From contig JBHLPL010000054.1 in the NCBI GenBank assembly GCA_048939465.1, positions 1-12,714 on the forward strand: a stretch of DNA of 12,714 bases. The letters are read 5' to 3'. Of this stretch, positions 1 through 5,342 are shown one piece after another. Position numbers and translations under genes: made by a program. The notes under the pieces were generated by a model. It was not told the DNA's origin. It made no database searches and saw only the letters and a list, made by a program, of their open reading frames with translations. This DNA comes from Promethearchaeota archaeon (GTDB lineage: Archaea; Asgardarchaeota; Odinarchaeia; Odinarchaeales; JBHLKK01). Positions within the stretch are counted from its first letter, which is position 1; each line of letters begins with the position of its first letter.

Positions 1-36
1 ACAGAAGATGAAGAGAATCCAAGAGACCTCTAAAAA

Positions 37-582
37 ATGTTCTCAGATTTCGTGGATGTCTTTGATCATATCGCATCATATTTAGCGTCTCAGCCGTCGC
101 ATCTAGAAGTAGATGATGTCCCAACTAAGGAGAAATTCAAACAGTTTCTCAAAAGATTCGAGGATGCTCAGCACTTATCTGATCTTTTGAAGGAATGGGT
201 TCAGTCGAGGCATAGATCGGTTAATCAATTGATAAGAATTCTGGATGTAATTGATGAGATGAAAGACGAATCTGAAGATTTACAGCGCAAGGTCGGCTTG
301 CTTGTTCTTCCGCTATTCAGGGAATTCATAAAATATCTAGAAATCAATAGGAAGAATTCCATCAAAATTCTTCAAGTTGCCTTTGATATCCGGAGGATAA
401 TTGATGATGTGACCTCCACCATTCAGAAGATAGAACTTGCGTTTAAGGCACTGGGCTACGATCTCCAATCAGAATCAGAAATTGAGAAATTCCTCGAGGG
501 ATTGAGAGGCGGGAAGCTGGAGGATGCAAAAATCTATCTTGTCAAAATCGTAGAGAGATCGAGGATTCTTCTGAAGAGCTAG
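37..582 (+). CDS. Hypothetical all-alpha-helical protein (181 aa); may be part of a longer, interrupted gene
   Basis: The ORF has amphipathic-helix composition rich in E/K/L/I and no recognisable motif. The same frame is open at 1-30 (TEDEENPRDL, TAA 31-33) and again at 583-630 after the TAG. Confidence 0.6.
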   Translation: MFSDFVDVFDHIASYLASQPSHLEVDDVPTKEKFKQFLKRFEDAQHLSDLLKEWVQSRHRSVNQLIRILDVIDEMKDESEDLQRKVGLLVLPLFREFIKYLEINRKNSIKILQVAFDIRRIIDDVTSTIQKIELAFKALGYDLQSESEIEKFLEGLRGGKLEDAKIYLVKIVERSRILLKS

Positions 583-661
583 AACTCGGAACCGAAACGC
601 CTTTTGCACAAGATTCTTGCCAAACAAGATTAGACTGAGCTGATAAGAACAACATCGTTGA

Positions 662-979
662 TTGCTCCTTTCTTTTGGCAAAGACAGCGGTACCTATACA
701 ACGAATTCTTCGACAACGCCCTTTGGCACCTTTAAGGCAATGTATGAGGGTCATAAGGATTCTGTATCTTCATTCAACGTTACCAGTCAAATGTACTTCA
801 TGACAATCGGTTTCACAAATTGGGATAGCTACAGCGTTGACAATGATCCAGAATTCGTTGTATTTCCTGAGACGTTCCAGGGAGTCGTTGGGGATTCAAT
901 GCTCTTTATCGCTATGGGAGCAGCAGGAGTCGTGGTATTAGTAGCTGCAGTACTGGTTGTAAAAAGAAGACGCATTTAA
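662..979 (+). pseudogene. C-terminal fragment of a membrane-anchored secreted/surface protein (probably 5'-truncated)
   Basis: It has a beta-rich, S/T/F-rich segment with an NVT sequon and a YFMTIGF..WDSYSVDNDPEF motif. A hydrophobic helix (MLFIAMGAAGVVVLVAAVLVV) and a KRRRI stop-transfer tail follow. There is no signal peptide or SD, and in-frame stops lie directly upstream (TGA 659-661, TGA TAA 641-646). Confidence 0.6.
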
Positions 980-994
980 CCCCCCCCTTTTTTT
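980..994 (+). terminator. Archaeal oligo-T terminator (C8T7)
   Basis: CCCCCCCCTTTTTTT starts immediately after the TAA at 977-979. Oligo-T tracts are the established archaeal intrinsic terminator. Confidence 0.6.
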
Positions 995-1010
995 ACCTTC
1001 CTCTCCGCAA

Positions 1011-1043
1011 GAAGACTCCATCCGGAAGGGTGGAGTAGTTTAC
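1011..1043 (+). repeat. Orphan copy of the IS200/IS605 right end (GAAG guide, hairpin, TAGTTTAC)
   Basis: GAAGACTCCATCCGGAAGGGTGGAGTAGTTTAC matches 2814-2845 (GAAGCCCCATCCTTTAGGGTGGAGTAGTTCAC) at 27/33 positions. The 14-mer AGGGTGGAGTAGTT is exact at 1027-1040 and 2829-2842. Confidence 0.85.
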
Positions 1044-1066
1044 CTACGCCGGTAGTAACCTTTGAC

Positions 1067-1115
1067 TTATTCGGTGGGAAGTCCCCCTCCGAAAGGTGGA
1101 GAGATAAAAGCCAAA
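1067..1115 (+). repeat. IS left end: imperfect hairpin with outer stem
   Basis: The inner hairpin is TCCCCCTCC-GAAA-GGTGGAGA (1082-1102, two mismatches and a bulge). TTCGGT (1069/70-1075) can pair imperfectly with GCCAAA (1110-1115) as an outer stem. Confidence 0.65.
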
Positions 1116-1126
1116 AGGCATTTATA
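1113..1126 (+). promoter_or_regulatory. Archaeal BRE/TATA promoter of tnpA (probably leaderless)
   Basis: Purine-rich AAAAGGCA is followed by TTTATA (1121-1126), about 24-29 nt upstream of the ATG at 1150. There is no SD. Confidence 0.55.
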
Positions 1127-1149
1127 GTTATAAACGAAGAATCATAACT

Positions 1150-1557
1150 ATGCGATATAAGCTAGATAAGTCATCACATTCGGTGCATGCGCTGCAATAT
1201 CATCTTGTTCAGTGCGTCAAACACAGGCGAGATGTACTGGATAGCAAAGAGATTGTAAACCTTCTCAAACAAAAGATACATGATATAAGTGCAACTTTTG
1301 AAGTGGGTGTGCTCAACATAGAATGTGACAAAGATTATTTTCATATGATTTTCAGAAGTAAACCTACTTTAGACATACCAAGATATATGAATGCCCTAAA
1401 AACCATCACCTCCCGAGAAATACAGCGCAATTTCCCAGCAGTCAAGGAAAAACTCTGGAAGGGAGCATTCTGGTCACGATCATATTTTTTGACTACCACA
1501 GGACAGGTCACTTTTGAACAGCTGAAGAAATACATTGAAAATCAGGGGATGAGATAA
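1150..1557 (+). CDS. tnpA: IS200/IS605 Y1 (HUH) transposase TnpA, probably inactive (HUH reads Y-F-H)
   Basis: It has the YHLVxCVKxRR, LWxGAFWSRSYF and KKYIENQ (catalytic Tyr128) motifs. The expected DHxH reads DYFH (codon TAT at 1336-1338). Its TAA overlaps the tnpB ATG (TAATG). Confidence 0.93.
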   Translation: MRYKLDKSSHSVHALQYHLVQCVKHRRDVLDSKEIVNLLKQKIHDISATFEVGVLNIECDKDYFHMIFRSKPTLDIPRYMNALKTITSREIQRNFPAVKEKLWKGAFWSRSYFLTTTGQVTFEQLKKYIENQGMR

Positions 1558-2840
1558 TGTACCTAACACAAAACATTAGGATTTTTCCTGCACCAGAACA
1601 AGAAGAGGTACTCTGGATACTCTCAGAGAAATGTAGACTTATCTATAATTTTGCGCTGGCTGAACGTAGGCACGCTTATAAAAACGGAATCAAGGGTATA
1701 GACTATACTAAACAGCAAAATGACCTCCCCTACATTAAAGAACAACACCCCGAATACAAATGGGTGCATTCCAAAGTCTTACAATCGGTTCTCAGAATAT
1801 TAGATGCCGATTATGCATCTTTCTCTGCTCTTCGAAAAAACGGACATACTATGGCTCGACATCCGTGCTTCAAAGGCAAGAAGTACTTTACCACTATGAT
1901 TTACAACCAGTCTGGGTTCAAAATCGACCACGGCAAAATCTCTTTTTCTCATAACTACGACGGAGTGTCACTGGAGTTTGTCATACCCGAAAAATTCTCG
2001 TTCATTAAAGATGCAGAAGTCAAGCAAATCGCCATTTTCAAGAAGCGTGAGAAGTATTTTGTGGGCATAACATATGAAGTCAAAGCCCCCACTTATGCAG
2101 ATAATGGTAGGTACCAAGCCATAGACTTGGGCATTACCAACATCGTAACCGCCGTAAATTCTGTGGGAAAATTCCTAGTGGTGAAAAATCGACGTCCAGA
2201 CAAATACTGGAATCCAAGAATCGCCAAGGTACAAGCGCGGAGGGACAGATGCAAGAAATATAGTCGAAGGTGGAACTTGTTCAACAGTATCAAACGAAGG
2301 TACGAATGGAAACGTGATAATCAGGTAAGGGATTTCCAGCACAAATTTAGCAAGAAGTTAGTAGAGAATACCAGGGCTAATACTATCATAGTGGGCGATC
2401 TTGAGGTCAAAACGATGCCCAAGTCAAATACAGTGCCGAAACCAATAAGGAAGGGGTTAAACCGTGCAACACAGAACACAGGTGCGATGGGACGGTTCGT
2501 ACAGTTTCTAGCCTACAAAGCCATGAAAGTAGGTAAAAGAATAATAGAATTTGACGAACGCAACTCGACCAAAGAGTGTTGCGTGTGTGGTAAACTCCAT
2601 TCCATGCCGATTTGGAAACGAGTTATGAAGTGTAATTGTGGTAACGTGATTGCAAGAGACAAGAACAGTTGTGTGGTGCTTATGAAGCGTTACTTATTAC
2701 AGAATGCCAAGTGGACAGGCTGTCAAGAATTTCTTGATAATCTGCGACACACAGCCGAAGGTAAAACGAAAGTACCCAATCCGTTTTTTGGATATGGTTC
2801 GGAGGACTCGCAGGAAGCCCCATCCTTTAGGGTGGAGTAG
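1557..2840 (+). CDS. tnpB: RNA-guided endonuclease TnpB (IS605 OrfB), rearranged-RuvC type
   Basis: The N-terminal HTH is IRIFPAPEQEEVL..CRLIYN. RuvC-I is AIDLG (D190), RuvC-II is IIVGDL (G280), followed by FDERNST (E334). The Zn finger is CCVC..CNC and RuvC-III is RDKN (D368). Confidence 0.95.
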   Translation: MYLTQNIRIFPAPEQEEVLWILSEKCRLIYNFALAERRHAYKNGIKGIDYTKQQNDLPYIKEQHPEYKWVHSKVLQSVLRILDADYASFSALRKNGHTMARHPCFKGKKYFTTMIYNQSGFKIDHGKISFSHNYDGVSLEFVIPEKFSFIKDAEVKQIAIFKKREKYFVGITYEVKAPTYADNGRYQAIDLGITNIVTAVNSVGKFLVVKNRRPDKYWNPRIAKVQARRDRCKKYSRRWNLFNSIKRRYEWKRDNQVRDFQHKFSKKLVENTRANTIIVGDLEVKTMPKSNTVPKPIRKGLNRATQNTGAMGRFVQFLAYKAMKVGKRIIEFDERNSTKECCVCGKLHSMPIWKRVMKCNCGNVIARDKNSCVVLMKRYLLQNAKWTGCQEFLDNLRHTAEGKTKVPNPFFGYGSEDSQEAPSFRVE

Positions 2841-2865
2841 TTCACGGAGTGAAAATATCTTAGAA
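2740..2865 (+). ncRNA. Predicted TnpB omegaRNA (reRNA): 3' part of the scaffold plus a flanking guide; true 5' end not determinable
   Basis: Nested stems: CTGCGA 2742-2747/TCGCAG 2808-2813; CCGAA 2755-2759/TTCGG 2798-2802; GT..AC-GAAA-GT-AC 2761-2775; CCAATCC 2776-2782/GGAT(A)TGG 2790-2797; right-end hairpin 2818-2837. The guide is inferred as the ~20 nt after TCAC (GGAGTGAAAATATCTTAGAA). Confidence 0.65.
2814..2845 (+). repeat. IS right end (guide GAAG, hairpin, cleavage site TCAC)
   Basis: The sequence is GAAG-CCCCATCC-TTTA-GGGTGGAG-TAGT-TCAC. The tnpB stop codon TAG (2838-2840) lies inside it. Confidence 0.85.
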
Positions 2866-2898
2866 TAGTTTAGTAACTTGTCGGTGGAGGCAGGATTC

Positions 2899-4989
2899 TT
2901 GCTCCGTAGTCTATATATATTCTCTAAGACCGGTGATACCCTTTTCACCAAATTCTTCGGGGAAGATATGATTGATGAACAGCTATTCTCGGGCTTTGTA
3001 AGTGCACTGTTCTCCCTGGCTCAGGAATTCGGGCATCGGGGCATGGAAATCATGAAAATGGATAATCTGAAGTTCTTTTACGATTTTACCGACAGACTGA
3101 TTTTTGCCATCTCGGCAGATGAAGGGGACGAAGAAATCGCTATTAAGAATCTATTGGCCACGATCCGCGATAGGTTTCTTGAAAGGTTCGGCAAGGTATT
3201 GACAGATTGGAGGGGTGGAGACGTATCCGCATTCAAGGATTTTGAAAGCGACGTCTGGGAGATTACGAAATACGGAATTCCTCCCGAAGGACTGAAACTG
3301 TTTTTGGCTCCTCCTTTCTCCTTTAACAGAAGAAAGTTGAAGAGCGCACGGACTGGGGCAAAGAATCTGGAAGCCGATGTAGACGTATCTCACTCTTTGG
3401 ATAGCGAAATCGCCACAATGTTTGCACTGGTTGAGGATAGGAGATTCAAAGGGAGTGGCTTTCTTAGAAAAAGGCCTGCAGAGACCATCGATTTTATCTC
3501 ACGCATTTTATGGCCTATTTGGTTTGTTAAGATTGATGAAGAGAGATTTATGCCTCTGGACGGCCTGTCCGGAGAAGATCTGTCGGTCCCAAGACTTGAT
3601 ATGAAAAATCTGGAGAATATTGAAAAGGCTATTAAGAAATTGTCTTTGGATGAATCTGTTGAGGGGCTGAGCGATATAGAAAAGAACTTAGCAAAGACTA
3701 TCGATGAGACTATCATTACAAAGGCACTCGTGAGCTTTGAGGTTTTGAAAGCAGTAAGAAAAGTGGCTCCTTATGCCAAATATCAGAGTCTAAATCTGAC
3801 TGCCGCAATTCGCCCCTCACTGTCCTTGAAAGAGGCACTTGGGATCGGTGATAATCTTAGAGAAACTCTGCGAAACACCAACACGATTGCTCTAAAGCTG
3901 GAAGAGGTTGCAAAGGCAGTAGACGAGGTCACTAACAGACTACTCAGTGAGATTGAGAGCGGTGTATCTTCTATTGAGGCGGATTACTCAGGCAAAATCG
4001 AAGAAGCCCAGAAGAAGGTCGACGCGAGAATCTCGGATATCGAGAAAAGGAAGATCCAGGAGCTTAGCCCAGTTGAGCAGTGGAGGGAGGAGGAGCGGAC
4101 AAGAATCGTTAACGAGTTCAGAGTCTTTCTGTTGCCACTAGAGCAGAGTTTTGCGAATCTTTACAATTTGATTAAGACACATTGTGAGAATTTATCGAAG
4201 ACTGAAGAAGTTCGGGCATTCCTTGACATTGTCAATGTTTCTTTTGACCAAGTAACTGAGGCCTTCAAGGAGTCTCAGGCAGTGCTGGACGAGATTAGGA
4301 TCAAAGCGGATCAGTATCTTGAGCAATTAAGAATGGTAGATGAAAGAACTGAAACCAGCAAGAGTCAGATAAACGACAAGTACGAAAACATGGTCAAGGA
4401 GCAAAGAAAGCAGCTATCAGTTTTCAAGGAAGAGAAGGAACGGATGCTGAAGGAGAAGGAGGCTCTCAGGCAATCCATAATCGAAAAGAAAGAAGCGATT
4501 CTTTCCAGAGTCTCTGAGATCAAAGAGAAGTCTCTGAGTGAGGAACATCGTCTCACAGGATTCCTTCTCGAGATCCCCGACCCGTTAAGGATTCAAAGGA
4601 TTTTTAGATTCCACATCCCTCTGTATGTGGCCAAGTATCTCGCTCCAAAGAATGAAACAAGGTATTTTGTGTCGTCTCCCTTGGTCTTTCCCGCTGGGAA
4701 AAATCTGAGGAGAGAATCTTATCTCGAGCAGACGATCCCTGTGGAACCGTTTGATGATGTACTGACAAGCCTGAACATAAATCTGGAAAAAATGATAAAC
4801 GAGAGAAAGAGACTTCAAAAAACCATTGATGCCTCGGCTAAGAAGAGCAACCTCCTTGACAAACCTAAAGTAAGATCCGTCATTGCCGAGGGACTCGATA
4901 AGTTCGAAAGGACCGAGCTGATTAACAGGAAGGATCTCTTGAGATTAAAGGAAGCTCTGGTAGAAGCATTCAGAAAAGGAACAGATTGA
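2899..4989 (+). CDS. Longin-domain / long coiled-coil fusion protein (Asgard-type eukaryotic signature domain); ~696 aa from TTG 2899, 703 aa from TTG 2878
   Basis: The N-terminal ~120 aa (LYIFSKTGDTLF..LFSGFVSALFSLAQEF..LIFAISAD..FLERF..WRGGDVSAFKDF) have the beta-beta-alpha-beta-beta-beta-alpha-alpha longin pattern. About 320 aa of E/K/L-rich heptad helix follow at 3590-4550. SD GGTGGAGG (2883-2890) sits 8 nt before TTG 2899. Confidence 0.8.
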   Translation: MLRSLYIFSKTGDTLFTKFFGEDMIDEQLFSGFVSALFSLAQEFGHRGMEIMKMDNLKFFYDFTDRLIFAISADEGDEEIAIKNLLATIRDRFLERFGKVLTDWRGGDVSAFKDFESDVWEITKYGIPPEGLKLFLAPPFSFNRRKLKSARTGAKNLEADVDVSHSLDSEIATMFALVEDRRFKGSGFLRKRPAETIDFISRILWPIWFVKIDEERFMPLDGLSGEDLSVPRLDMKNLENIEKAIKKLSLDESVEGLSDIEKNLAKTIDETIITKALVSFEVLKAVRKVAPYAKYQSLNLTAAIRPSLSLKEALGIGDNLRETLRNTNTIALKLEEVAKAVDEVTNRLLSEIESGVSSIEADYSGKIEEAQKKVDARISDIEKRKIQELSPVEQWREEERTRIVNEFRVFLLPLEQSFANLYNLIKTHCENLSKTEEVRAFLDIVNVSFDQVTEAFKESQAVLDEIRIKADQYLEQLRMVDERTETSKSQINDKYENMVKEQRKQLSVFKEEKERMLKEKEALRQSIIEKKEAILSRVSEIKEKSLSEEHRLTGFLLEIPDPLRIQRIFRFHIPLYVAKYLAPKNETRYFVSSPLVFPAGKNLRRESYLEQTIPVEPFDDVLTSLNINLEKMINERKRLQKTIDASAKKSNLLDKPKVRSVIAEGLDKFERTELINRKDLLRLKEALVEAFRKGTD

Positions 4990-4996
4990 GCTGCTA

Positions 4997-5317
4997 TCAT
5001 GTCGTGTATGTGCTCGTGGCTGGCTTCTTGTCTGGCATCCTACCTACTTTGATCTCTCCGTACTTCTTTTCAAATTCGCTGATGTTCTTGCCCAATGCCA
5101 TGAACAGCTGTTTGGCGGTTATCGGGGAAGTCTGTATTTCTACCTCGAATACGCGTTTTACTTCGCTTGGCGGTCGATCTACTTCTGTAAGCATGATCCT
5201 GTCATTGTAGAATGTTAAGCTGAAAACCACCGGATTGTGTGCCATAACTGCTCCCATGCTATAGATCTGGCGGAAGTCATCACTGTCGACTATTTTGATT
5301 TTAGGCTTAAAACTCAA
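4997..5317 (-). CDS. DUF3467 family protein
   Basis: The pattern IYSxG..AHN...FSLTF ... EIQTSPITAKQLFMALGKNISEFEKKYGEI matches the DUF3467 consensus as recalled. SD GGAGGTGA (complement of 5324-5331) sits 6 nt before the TTG. Confidence 0.8.
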   Translation of the reverse strand: MSFKPKIKIVDSDDFRQIYSMGAVMAHNPVVFSLTFYNDRIMLTEVDRPPSEVKRVFEVEIQTSPITAKQLFMALGKNISEFEKKYGEIKVGRMPDKKPATSTYTT

Positions 5318-5342
5318 AGATCTTCACCTCCCTACTCTCTAA

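Larger units (their letters stand above)
1067..2845 (+). mobile_element. IS200/IS605-family insertion sequence (tnpA + tnpB)
   Basis: The element carries a tnpA-tnpB pair with subterminal hairpins at 1082-1102 (left) and 2818-2837 (right). The right end finishes in TCAC (2842-2845), which fits guide GAAG (2814-2817) under the IS608 guide/cleavage pairing rule. The left boundary is placed after a candidate target TTGAC (1062-1066) and is less certain. There is no target-site duplication, as expected for this family. Confidence 0.88.

Noticed and set aside
580-633. Pyrrolysine or programmed read-through at TAG 580-582
   Set aside because: Only 16 codons follow, there are no pyl genes or supporting context in the window, and other genes here use TAG as a normal stop.
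475-754. Minus-strand ORFs of 68 and 70 aa
   Set aside because: They are antisense shadows with no motifs and overlap better-supported plus-strand frames.
1011-1102. Hairpin-spacer-hairpin as a mini CRISPR array
   Set aside because: The two hairpins are IS ends with different flanks rather than identical repeats, and there are no cas genes.
1053-2877. TAGTAAC on both sides of the IS (1053-1059 and 2871-2877) as a target-site duplication
   Set aside because: The copies are not at the junctions, and IS200/IS605 elements do not create duplications. A 7-mer match is plausible by chance.
1341-4818. Short alternative-frame ORFs within tnpA, tnpB and the longin gene (60-108 aa)
   Set aside because: They are shadow ORFs of strongly supported genes with no recognisable motifs.
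2899-4989. Calling the longin protein a SNARE or an SMC/Rad50 ATPase
   Set aside because: There is no C-terminal TM or lipid anchor and no discrete ~60-aa SNARE motif. There are no Walker A/B, signature or zinc-hook motifs.
4986-5210. Hydrophobic 74-aa plus-strand ORF
   Set aside because: It is antisense to the DUF3467 gene, which has a clear family pattern and a perfect SD.
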